Below, piece after piece: positions 1-10,899 of a stretch of DNA of 64,000 nt (position 1 is its first letter; each line of letters begins with the position of its first letter). The stretch is from Nitrospirales bacterium (GTDB lineage: Bacteria; Nitrospirota; Nitrospiria; Nitrospirales; UBA8639). A program made the position numbers and the translations under genes. Below the pieces are notes generated by a model. It made no database searches. It saw only the letters and a program-made list of their open reading frames with translations, and was not told the DNA's origin. The stretch is from contig CBDBCZ010000017.1 of assembly GCA_965203295.1 (NCBI GenBank), positions 256,001 through 320,000 of the forward strand. Direction: 5' to 3'.

Positions 1-666
1 TGAACCACCAGCAGATTATCATCCTTGTACAGACCAGTGTTGTATGTTCCATTGCAAGGAGATTTGGCGACATTTTTCACCACAAAAGTTCCATCAGGAT
101 TGGATTCTGCAGAAACTGCAATCAGAAAACCAACACAATGCACTATAAATGAACCAGGCAAGTGCTGTGTTCTATGTGACTCTATATTACTGTCTGTTCT
201 GTAGAATCAGTACATTGAACACTACACATCTATGATGATGATACAATATTAACGTTAAGGATATGTTCAATAAAAATGTGTACACACAATGTACTACTTG
301 CAAAACCACAGTGCACTGGGGGTAGCTTTGTTGCACCATGCACCATGCTAGAATAAGCACACTTTGTGAGCTTTATAGGAAACACGCACCTTCTTTTAAT
401 ACAGCAGCATTATAAGCGCTATCTTGTTCAATCTCCCAAGTGCTTCCTAGTTGCGCTGGGAACGGGCCCACCGTAATCTTAACATCGTCTTCAAAGTAGT
501 AGGCTCCGACTTCAGTACTTGCGGGATACACAAATTCAGCCTTTGTTTGAGCAACCAGGACACGCCATGCTACCTTCGAATTCGTCTCATAAACGACCAC
601 CTGGAAGTTCACAGCGCCAGTATTGTTAATGTAGGTAACGGAGATGTCTTGCGCTGGATCAGTCAT
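1..666 (-). CDS. Family gene A1 (partial): exon 666-390, phase-1 intron, exon 115 to beyond the window start; beta-rich uncharacterised protein
   Basis: ORF MTDPAQDISVTYINNTGAVNFQVVVYE...AAVLKE. Donor AAG|GTGCGT at 390/389, acceptor TTGCAG|TTTCT at 116/115. Paralogous to A2-A5. Confidence 0.85.
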
Positions 667-1129
667 TTTGATCTACGAACACCGCCTGTGAACAAAGACG
701 TCTGAAAAATTGCAGTGTTTATAATCTGATAGCAGCTAGGAAGTGGCTGAGTTTGCTTCCCATATGCTTAGCTATAAAGCACAGGAAGGTAGTGAAGCTG
801 TGTTCTGTTCCCACATGTAAGGACTTGGGAACAAACTCTGTTTGTGGTAGTTGGAAGTTAGGGCAGTGAGGTGCAAATCACTGCATGGCTATAGTGATAC
901 ATCAAAAGAAGTGCAAAGATAACAGAACCCCCACATTTCATTAACTTCCTACAACACATGTACAGACCTTAGGGAATTAACATTTCCAACCACCTATATA
1001 GTGGTAGACACATACCATACAGCATGCATGATCAAAAGAAGGGTCAGGACAAATGAACCCTGACAAAGAAAGGAAGGTACTAGCTATAATACTGCTACCA
1101 TTAATCGACTTATGTACTAAATGAAATAA

Positions 1130-1352
1130 AACCTTGGCTGTAATTGATGAAAATGCACACATGGTCATGCACCTGGAGGCACATCCTGCTGAACCACCAG
1201 TAGATTGCTATTCTTGTACAGACCAATGTTGTACTTTCCATCAGTAGCAGCAGAAACATAGCCAATTAACAACAACCAGGGTTATCTGGCTGAGCCTTGT
1301 TTTTCACCGCAATAGATCCGTCGTGCATGCAGGGTTTGGATCTGTATAGTCT
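1130..1352 (-). pseudogene. Degenerate last-exon fragment of the family (third subtype)
   Basis: Minus strand shows YTDPNP..GSIAVKNKAQPDNPG and YNIGLYKNSNLLVVQQDV-like remnants with indels/stops. No first exon nearby. Ends approximate. Confidence 0.65.
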
Positions 1353-1386
1353 GAAAAACAGATTCTGAACTGTTTAACCTAGCCAT

Positions 1387-2283
1387 GGTTATCCCAGTTG
1401 CAGCTCCTCTATTGTGCATTGTGAGTGGGACATCTAATGATGACTGTAAATTTGACTTCTGGGGAAAGGACTCAGACAAAGCCAATGGAGACTGCAGATT
1501 GTAGAATGATTTGACAATGTACACATGCAGCCTAACCTAGGAAGTTACCAGCTGTACACAGCTCGTTCAGTCTAACTTTCCTCCATAGGAAGTTGCTTGC
1601 TGTACACAGCTCGTTCAGTCTAACTTCCTCCATAGGAAGTTGCTAGCTGTACACAACCCATTCACTGCTAACTTCACTCATAGGAAGTTACTAGCTGTAC
1701 AAAGCTCATTCAGTATAACTTTCCTCCATAGGAAATTATTAACTGTACACAGCCCATTCAGACTAACTTCCCTCATGGGAAGATAGACTACTGGGCTGTG
1801 TATTGGTATTACCTTCCAAAGAGGTATATAGACAATACTTACACTGGGCAGCTGTGAAGGAAGCTAAACTGTATGGGCTAGTATACAGATACTAACTTCT
1901 TATTAAGTAGACCATCTTGTGTACAGATGATTCTACAACCAGTAGACTCCATTTGCCTGTGTCCCAGAAGTTGGCATTACACACCGCAAACCTTAAAGGG
2001 TTAATTAACTTAATTGTTTAAATTTAACCAGCTATATGGTTATCTCGGTTACGGCATTGTACAAACAGTGTAAACAAGTCTTACCACCCTATTTCTCAAA
2101 TTTTAACGAAAGGAAGGATCCATTAGCCTTAAGGACAAAATTATAGTAACGAATATTTTGTACCAATCCATTCCTATCTCCACCAAAGAAAGTTGATCTA
2201 GCTTGGCTTCCTGAGTAAAGTGATCTTATTGCACTGCACGTAACTGACCATTCTCTGGTACTGGGGCTGCAACTGAGGTAACC
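1387..2283. mobile_element. Probable non-autonomous TIR element containing a degenerate ~41-42 bp tandem repeat (about 1540-1900)
   Basis: GGTTATCCCAGTTGCAGCTCC at 1387 is nearly the reverse complement of GGGGCTGCAACTGAGGTAACC ending at 2283. Internal AGGAAGTT..AGCTGTACACAGC repeats. Confidence 0.45.
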
Positions 2284-2379
2284 TTATATGTGTGTCATAA
2301 CCAACCACTTTATTATTGCAGTGTAGCTATACTGCTACCATTAATCGACCTATGTAGTACATGTACTAAATGAAATAAA

Positions 2380-2628
2380 GCCTTGGCTGTAATTGAACAT
2401 TCACACACATGGTTGGTCACCTGGAGGCAAAACCTGCTGATTCAGAACCACCAGTAGATTGCTCTTCTTGTACAGACTAATGTTGTATACTTTCCATCAC
2501 TAATTGAACATTAGCAGCAGAAACATTGCCAGTTTAATTTAACAACAGCAGCCGGGGTTATCTGGCTGAGCCTTGTTTTTCACCGCAATAGATCCATCAG
2601 CTGCAGGGTTTGGATCTGTATAGTCTGA
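2380..2628 (-). pseudogene. Degenerate last-exon fragment of the family
   Basis: Near copy of 1130-1352 with different indels. Confidence 0.6.
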
Positions 2629-3405
2629 AAGACAGATTCTAAATTGTCTCCAAATATTAACTGCACAATAAACTGAGGGCACTATAAGGCACTATAAGAT
2701 ATAATACTTATACTTAGTCTAAGACCTGTATTTTGCAACGGTTAAATTCTCCTCAGTAAGCATCTTGGTTTCTATGTTTGACATAGGCCTCAGAAACCAC
2801 AAGATGCAACATTGAAATCTCTTGGGGAAGCAAGGTGTTAGGACTAGATCCCAGGTAGTGTTAGATACATCCCTTGTGTGGATATGATATGAAGACTCAG
2901 GCTATAAAAGTCACTCAATGACATGTCTATTAGCCTGAGTCACTGACACACTCACTTGTGTTTTCACTTCTGTAACAATGAATATGCATGCATGCTGTTA
3001 GGTACTCTTTCCCAGCCGAGTTTTATTAATACATCCATAAGGCTAATGTGAATTTATATTGGCCTTTTTATATTAGGCGTTAATATAAAGTACATGTTTT
3101 TTCTATTTATATGGGCACATATTAAATGTGCCCATGGCGTTCAAAGAGTTAATTAATTAATATAGCTAGCTTAGAGACTTACCATACTGCTTTACTTCTA
3201 CATGTATTGTATCCCCTAGGTTGTGTAGCATTATTCACAGCTGTATAAGACATAATAACTGTGTTTACTAGTAGGCATTCATACAATACCAAAATTAATA
3301 TCGATACATAATATATATAACCAGCTAGCTAAGAAGTTATTATTGCCTAAAACACTAGTTCATTGTCTCTGGAGGGCTATAGGCCACAGCCAGTTTTAAT
3401 TGCAA

Positions 3406-4298
3406 TCATTTGGCACTGGTACCGGTGAAAACATACTCCCCTGAAGCTGGGTCTGTTGACAGGGTAACCACTAACCCACATGGGAATGTATAATAATCAA
3501 CCTCAAACTCTGTTGGAGACATGACGTTATCGGGGTTGAATATATTTCCAGCACTCATTTCCTGAACCACTCCAAATGACAGATTATTCTGCAGTTGAAA
3601 TTGCACCTCATTACGGATGCGCACATCTGGCTGAACCACCAGTAGAGCATCATCCTTGTACAGACCAATGTTGTACGTTCCATTGCAGGGAGATGTGGCA
3701 GCATTTTTCACCACAAAAGTTCCATCGGTGTTGGATTCTGCAGAAACTGCAATCAGAAAACCAACATGATGCATTAAATGAACCAAGTGCTACAATGTCA
3801 TGTATTCTTAATATAATGACTGTCTGTTCTGTAGAATCAGTACATAAACACTACTCATCCAGATCTACAATATTAACGTTAAGGATATTCAATATAAATG
3901 TGTACACACAATTACTACATGTACTACTTGCAAAACCACAGTGCACTGGGGGTAGCTTTGTTCCATGCACCATGCTATAGAATAAGCACACTTTGTGAGC
4001 TTTATAGAAAAGACGCACCTTCTTTTAATACAGCGGCGTTGTAAGCGCTATCTTGTTCAATCTCCCAAGTGCTTCCCGGTTGAGCTAGGAACGGTCCTGT
4101 TGTAATCTTTACATTGTCTTGAAAGTAATAGGCTCCGACTCCAGTACTTGCGGGATACACAAATTCAGCCTTTGTTTGAGCAACCAGGACACGCCATGCT
4201 ACCGGCTTTGAACTCGTTTCATAAACGACCACCTGGAAGTTCACAGCGCCAGTATTGTTGATGTAGGTAATGGGAATGTCTTGCGCTGGATCAGACAT
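3406..4298 (-). CDS. Family gene A2: exons 4298-4019 and 3746-3406, 206 aa
   Basis: 280+341 nt = 207 codons. GT-AG phase-1 intron. Joins ...AAVLKE-V-SAESNTDG...EYVFTGTSAK*. Confidence 0.9.
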
Positions 4299-4799
4299 TT
4301 TGATCTACAATCACCACCCGTGAACAAACTAAGATGTCTGAAAAATTGCAGTGTTTTAAATAATCTGATCTTAGCAGGAAGGTAGCTACCGGGTTGGCTT
4401 CCCATAAGTCAAGATAGACTAAAGCACAGGAAGGTTACTTAGTGAAGCTGGGTTCTGATGCCACATGTAAGGACTTGCGTGGGAACAAACTCTGTTTTGA
4501 GGTAGTTGGAAGTCAGGGCAGTGAAGTACAAATCACTGCATGGCTATAGTGATACATCAAAAAAGTGCAAAGACAACAGAATCCTAGCGACAAAAGCTGT
4601 GCGGAGGTCTGGGAACGAGGCTAATGCATGTCATTAACTTCCGACAACACAAAATTTTAAGTTAAAGAATTAACATTTCCAACCACCTAAACATACGGCA
4701 TGCATGTCTTGATCAAAGGAAGGGCCAGGACAAAGAGAACCCTGACAAAAAAAGCAAGGTAGCTATACTGCTACCATTAATCGACCTATGCAAATGAAA

Positions 4800-5035
4800 T
4801 AAAACCTTGAATGTAATTGAATATTCACACACATGGTCACCAGGAGGCACATCCTGCTAAACCACCAGTATATAGATCGCTATTCTTGTACAGACCAATG
4901 TTGTACTTTCCATCAGTAATTAAACAACAGCAGCAGAAACATCACCAATTAACAGCAGCCGGGGTTATCTGGCTGGGCCTAGTTTTCCCCACAGTACATG
5001 TACATGTAGCTCATCACTGTTGGGATCTGTAGTCA
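4800..5035 (-). pseudogene. Degenerate last-exon fragment of the family
   Basis: Homologous to 1130-1352 and 2380-2628, at the same position in the ~3.6 kb A1/A2 tandem unit. Confidence 0.55.
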
Positions 5036-5295
5036 GAAAGACAGACTTACGTACTGGCTCCTAATATAATAAACTGAGGGCACTATATATAATACTTATA
5101 CTTAGACCTGTATTTTGTGACAATTCTCCTCAGTAAGCGTCCTGGTTCCATGTTCGACGTAGGCCTCAGAAACCACAAGATGCAACGTTGAAATCTCCTG
5201 GGGAAGCATATCGTGCTCCTTGGTGTTAGGACATATAGATCAGGTAGTGCTAGATACATCCCTTGTGGATATGTAGCTATAGATTAGATCAATCA

Positions 5296-5436
5296 CAGCA
5301 AAGAGGGATCTAACTGACATAGACATCCGTGGGAAAATCAGAGCCCGAGGTCAAATAACACCATCCAAGGGCGAGGGATTTTCCAAAGGATGGTCTATGT
5401 CAGTTAGATCCCGAGTACATGTACATGCTGTGATTT
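5296..5436. repeat. Imperfect palindromic (hairpin) insertion
   Basis: GGATCTAACTGACATAGAC...GGAAAATC pairs with GATTTTCC...GTCTATGTCAGTTAGATCC. Confidence 0.65.
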
Positions 5437-5732
5437 AACGAACTTAGGCCACGCACTATGGATTTTCAAGGGGTTAAAAGTGTTTGGTACACAGGGATTT
5501 AACTGACATGAACACCCCGTGTCTAACCAAGAACTTCAAAACTTATTGATTATTCATGAGTGGCCTAAGATATGGAGACTCAGGCTAAAGAGTATCCCAC
5601 TGTGTCTATTAGCCTGAGTCACTGATACACTTGAGTGTTTTTACTCCTGAATCGATGGATAGCATAATATTTGGTAATAATACAGCTAGCTTAGAGACTT
5701 ATCAATACATCTGATTTGAGGAGGCCAGTTTT

Positions 5733-7287
5733 ACCAGCCGGAGCGCGCGCAGCGCGCGAACGGCTGGTAGAGTAAGCCACTGATGATCGGCCACCAGGTA
5801 TATTCGGACGCGCTAGCGCCGAGCGCGTAAATTACCGGAAGTGGGCGGGGGCTTCGATCGATAGTACTGACCCTTCGCACTTCGGGTTGAAAGTTTGGTG
5901 TTCCTCCGTTGCTTGGTTCTGGAGCTATAAATTCGGACACAGCTATGATCGGACTAAAGTATGTATTGTCGGACACCGCTCCGTGTTTCCTCCCTGAAGC
6001 AACTTTCGGTGATCTTTCTTCATTATTGGGAGGCCCCACTACTATGCTGCTGCACGCCAAGTTTTCGCCATCGTAGCTGCTTTGAGCACGGAGGGGTGTT
6101 ATTGAATGTAGAGCCGTGTCACCCTCTCTATAATCGGACAGTGGATTTTGTCTTTTTTCGGTGTAAGGACGCCAAAACACTCTCCAAACGCTAGGATTTG
6201 GATATCGTTGGAAAGTACAGACACTTAGCAACGCAACGGTGCAAGCCCGATATTCATACGTCGTATGGTTCTCGAGATAGAGTGAGAAAGCGCTATTTGT
6301 CTCGATTCCTTCTAATAATTTTAATGCTGAAGCTTTTAGTGTACGAAATCAGGCAAAACAACTCTATCTCAGGAAGGACACGTCGTATAAACATCAGACT
6401 TGCACCGTTGCTTTGCTAAGTGTCTGTACTTTCCAACGATATCCAAATCCTAGCGTTTGAAGAGTGTTTTGGCGTCCTTACACCGAAAAAAGACAAAATC
6501 CACTGTCCGATTATAGAGAGGGTGACACGGCTCTACATTCAATAACACCCCTCCGTGCTCAAAGCAGCTACGATGGCGAAAACTTGGCGTGCAGCAGCAT
6601 GGTAGTGGGGCCTCCCAATAATGAAGAAAGATCACCGAAAGTTGCTTCAGGGAGGAAACACGGAGCGGTGTCCGACAATACATACTTTTGTCCGATCATA
6701 GCTGTGTCCGAATTTCAACTTTGGAAGGCTATAGCTCCAGAACCAAGCAACGGAGGAACACCAAACTTTCAACCCGAAGTGCGAAGGGTCAGTACTATCG
6801 ATCGAAGCCCCCGCCCACTTCCGGTAATTTACGCGCTCGGCGCTAGCGCGTCCGAATATACCTGGTGGCCGATCATCAGTGGCTTACTCTACTAAGATTG
6901 CTTTACGTTTTCCGCGTCTGTTTGTTTGTTTGTCTGTTTGTGCGTCCGCACTTATCACGTGCGCAATATATTACGTCATACGTTACTATGCAACTGCAGT
7001 GTATAGCAGCTTTTGGAGGTTTGCGGGCCGAGCTACAGCAAATGAAGGTAGTTTTGTGTTGCCTAGATGGCGAAAACGTGGTAGGTAGCCGTAAAAATCC
7101 TGGTTTCTTGGCATATAGCTACTAACTGGAGGCGCATGACGAAACTGCTGAGTCAGCACTTTCGCTGTACCGCTCTAGGAATATAGCATCTCTGGCTCTA
7201 CAGCTGTAGTTTAATAGCTTGGCCTAAGCTGAGCTGTGTGTATTGTACGGGAAAGGTGTCCGGCTGGTTTTTAGACATGAAATGTCA
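5733..7287 (+). mobile_element. Helentron-associated (HINE/DINE-1-like) non-autonomous element carrying a nested foldback element
   Basis: 5' TTTT-ACCAGCCGG hairpin, GTTT/GTCT microsatellite at ~6917-6940, 3' sub-terminal CCGGCTGGT and GACAT-GAA-ATGTC stem-loop. The paralogous empty site GAGGCCAGTTTTTACTTCTACATG is at ~13701. Confidence 0.6.
5770..6889. mobile_element. 1.12 kb almost fully palindromic foldback/MITE element flanked by TA
   Basis: GAGTAAGCCACTGATGATCGG...CCGATCATCAGTGGCTTACTC. Arms near-identical for ~480 bp and imperfectly paired to the centre (~6320). TA at 5768-69 and 6890-91. Confidence 0.85.
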
Positions 7288-7502
7288 ACTTCTACATGTG
7301 TTGTATCCCGTAGGTAGTGTAACATTATTTACAGCTGTATAAGACATACTGTGTTTAGGCATTCATACAATACCAAAATTAATATCAATACATAATATAA
7401 CCAGCTATAGCTAAGAAGTTATTATTGCCTAAAACACTACATGTAGTTCACTGTCTCTGAAAGGCTATATAATATATAGGCCACAGCCAGTTTTCAGTGC
7501 AA

Positions 7503-10247
7503 TCATTCATCACTGGTACCGGTGAAAACATACTCCCCTGAATCTGGGTCTTGAGAGAGGTTCACCACTAACCCACACGGAAACTTATCGAGATCAAACT
7601 TCGTTGGAGACTTGACATTATCAGGGTTGAATATATTTCCAGCACTTACTTCCTGAACCACTCCAAACGACAGACTATTCTGCAATTGATATTGCACTGT
7701 TGTACCGATGCGCACATCTGGCTGAACCACCAGTAGAGCATCATCCTTGTACAGGCCAATGTTGTACACTCCATTGCAGGGAGATGTGGCGGCATTTTTC
7801 ACCACAAAATTTCCGTCAGGGTTTGACTCTGCAGAAACTGCAATCAGAAAACAGCACAATGCACTAAATAATTCAAGTACATTGTACTGTGTACTATATG
7901 ACCCTTCTATATTCAGTCTGTTTTGCACATTGTGTATACATTCCTTAACTCTTTACCAACCAATGACGCATACCGTAAAATCTGATAAATAACCGCCCCC
8001 TTAAAGGTAACCGCCCCTCTAGTATAACCGATCAATTTACTGCAACAACAGTTTACTCACGTGTAAAACCTTCTACGTAAACATGACCGCCCATAATTTA
8101 CACGCGCAGCCCAGGCAGGAAATTGAATCTGTAAAATTAATAGCGTTTGCACGCGTGAATGTCTAGCAAGCAGAGCGTGTAGCTAATACGTGGAACACGA
8201 CCGAACAGAACAGCGACGAGAATCAGACTGTAAAAACTAAGAAGTCGGCGTTAGTCGTAGCGAGAAAACCCTAGCTACGGTTAGTGGAGGGTTCTGGGAA
8301 CGAGACTAAGCTACGGTAGCTAAGGTAACGCTATGGAGCTGTTCAGCTTGCCTGTCTGAAGGCTTCCTACCTCACATCTACCGGGTTGATCTCAACGTAG
8401 AGGATGTTTCTGTAAATCTGCCACGCTATTAACGGTTGTTTGCAAAAATAACCGATCTGTGATTATACCCGCCCATGTAAAAGTAACCGCCCATTGAGGC
8501 TGCTAATTCTAATTATAACCGCCCCCAGTTATTTTTCAGAGTTTACGGTATATGCGTCATGAGCTCCCATAAGCCCATATGAATTTATATGAGGGGTTTA
8601 ATACTAGGCGTTGATACTTTGTACAGGCTTTTTTGCTTCTTTAAGCTGTTTCTTATAGATGGTAAAGGATAATGTGTACACACAATTACTATTGATTGCA
8701 AAACCACATACACCAGGCTAAAAATATATAAAGAATAAGCACGCTTTGTACCTTGATCCACCCACGCAAAACCCTAATGTAGTTGTCACACTCTTATTAA
8801 TAATTAATAATGCGCCTGCTACCAATTTTGCCAGAGGAGGTTGGACGTGCTATGACGACACATAAATGTCACATAACAATGACTGGCTTAAATTGCATTC
8901 TTTACATTTCGCGCGTGATAAAAATCCGTATACCTTCGATATACTAGTACGCTAGCCTTACCTAAAATGCTAGCAGCATGGTTATCTCAGTTTCACGATC
9001 TAGAAGCTCCTGTAGCACTCTCCAAGAGTTTCTGTGACTTGGAAAAGTAGTCAGAGTTTGTTTCTCAGTGCTTCCCGATTTACTGACCTTCTGGAGAGCT
9101 AATAATGCAACATAGGCTGTGTAGAAGTCCACTCAATATTGGTAAGCGGGTACTTAAAGGTCAATTCCAGCCTTGAGTAGTGTTGTTCTGCAAAGATTCC
9201 TACCCGGAAGACTTATACGGTTAATGAAAGTGATGCCTACTAGTGTATAGCTACGATCTACGCCTATAATGTTCGTGAAACCTAGCTTAGTCTACAATAG
9301 TGGCCTTACCGCTACCATTATTCTTTCCCAGATTTCTTCCGAAAAACGCTGGGCGCAGTCAATTTTCTTGAACTATTCAACCAGCACTAACACTATGGTA
9401 CTTAAATCATCTTTGGCATAGTTATTCTTAGGCAGAAGAGAGACTCAAAATCTCTATGGCCATTGCTGTACTTAAGTTAGTCTGGGGGACCCCGCCCCTC
9501 GCGTTAAACGGAGGGTCTGGTACAGACGCCGTAACGATTTTGTCTGTCTCGCAATGCTCATTGTGAGCCAATCAGATTCAAGCTTTGTAAAACGTCATGA
9601 AAAGATTACGTCAATGGTATGGTCTGACCAATCAGATAGTAGGTTCACTGCCGGATCTCTTTCGTTGATTGTCTGCTTGTGTCGTCATAGCACAACGTCC
9701 GCATTCCAGATTGACAGGTCCACTACGGCGTCTGTACCAGACTCTAACTTTCCCGTCGAGAGTCTGGCTACGCGAGACTATACTTAAGTAAGGTCACGAT
9801 GCGCGCGTGGTGCTTGTCCAGCCTCCTCAGCAGTTTTGCCATATTTGGCGACAAACGACCACTATCATAGAAACAGCCAATCACCGAATCGTACTGAAGC
9901 TACAAAAGGGCAGCAAATGATAATGAGGTCAAGGCAAACCTCAGTTATAGCATGCAGCTGCTGAAAGACGCACCTTTTAATACACCGGCGTTGTAAGCGC
10001 TATCTTGTTTAATTTCCCAAGTGCTTCCCGGTTGAGCTGGGAACGGTCCCATCGTAATCTTTACATTGTCTTCAGCGTAGTAGGCTCCGACTCCAGTACT
10101 TGCGGGATACACAAATTCAGCCTTTGTTTGAGCAACCAGGACACGCCATGCTACCTTCGAACCCGTCTCGTAAACGACCACCTGGAAGTTCACAGCGCCA
10201 GTACCGTTGATGTAGGTAATGGGAATGTCTTGCGCTGGTTCAGACAT
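7503..10247 (-). CDS. Family gene A3: exons 10247-9974 and 7837-7503, 202 aa; 2.1 kb intron expanded by insertions
   Basis: 274+335 nt = 203 codons. Donor AAAG|GTGCGT, acceptor TTGCAG. Intact frame. Confidence 0.88.
7946..8672. mobile_element. piggyBac-like MITE remnant (TTAA-CTCTTTACCA...TGGTAAAGGA-TAA) hosting a nested MITE
   Basis: Absent from the paralogous A4 intron. Internal sequence resembles 3003-3152, which ends AAAGAGTTAA. Confidence 0.5.
7971..8550. mobile_element. TA-flanked MITE (TACCGTAAA...TTTACGGTA), Tc1/mariner-pogo-type ends
   Basis: Terminal inverted repeats plus repeated TAACCGCCC sub-terminal motifs at both ends. Confidence 0.75.
8832..9830. mobile_element. Non-autonomous TIR element with an apparent 9-bp TSD
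   Basis: CAGAGGAGGTTGGAC...GTCCAGCCTCCTCAG, flanked by CAATTTTGC / CAGTTTTGC. The empty site ACCAGTTTTGCCATATTTGG is in the A4 intron (~14535). Confidence 0.7.
9478..9780. mobile_element. TAG...CTA-terminated element with a 9-bp TSD (AcademH-like non-autonomous)
   Basis: TACTTAAGT|TAGTCT...AGACTA|TACTTAAGT. Internal inverted repeat GTCTGGTACAGACGCCGTA / TACGGCGTCTGTACCAGAC. Confidence 0.7.
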
Positions 10248-10899
10248 TTTGATCTACGATCGCGTCGTGAACAATAGCTATACAGATGTACACCACTAAG
10301 ACGTCGTGCAAATTGGAGTACTTTATTATCTGAACAGCAGGAAGCTCCCATAAGTCAATTAAATTGACGTAGTCACGCGTGACCAGACTCCGGTCATGCG
10401 AGACGTGCAAGGGTAGTGTAATGAAGAGTGGGCGAATAGTGTAATGAAGAGCTCCCCTGAGAGCTGTCCCAGGCCAAAGGTCACATGGAGGGAGGATGGT
10501 CCAATCCTCACTGGCTGGATTGTACTGGAAGATGAGGCTATTATACCGCTACCACAAGCACCTTGATCCAAGTCCAGTCAGGGGACATAGCTACTCTTCT
10601 TTTTATTTCTTACCGGAAGAGTAATAGTCGTACGTATAGCTGGTGCAGCGTTTTCGTGTTACTTTAAATTATGCCAGTACTGGAAACGGTTCCGGTTTCG
10701 GGGTCTGAAATGCAGTTTCTGGTGTGCACATAGCTAATACTCATCCCAAGCCTCAATTTTTTTAGCCTCTTTTTTTTGGCGTACAGTGTTGCCATGATGA
10801 GGTTATTGAAAGCCAACATTAATTCGTGATACTAAGAAGAGTAAATCCTATGGTGAATAGGATGCATGGTGTAGCAAGTCTGCTTCTTCCTACATAATG

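Noticed and set aside
5731..6895. ORFs of 166, 143 and 77 aa occurring twice on opposite strands
   Set aside because: They are mirror products of the palindrome arms, use non-ATG starts in part, and show no recognisable transposase motif.
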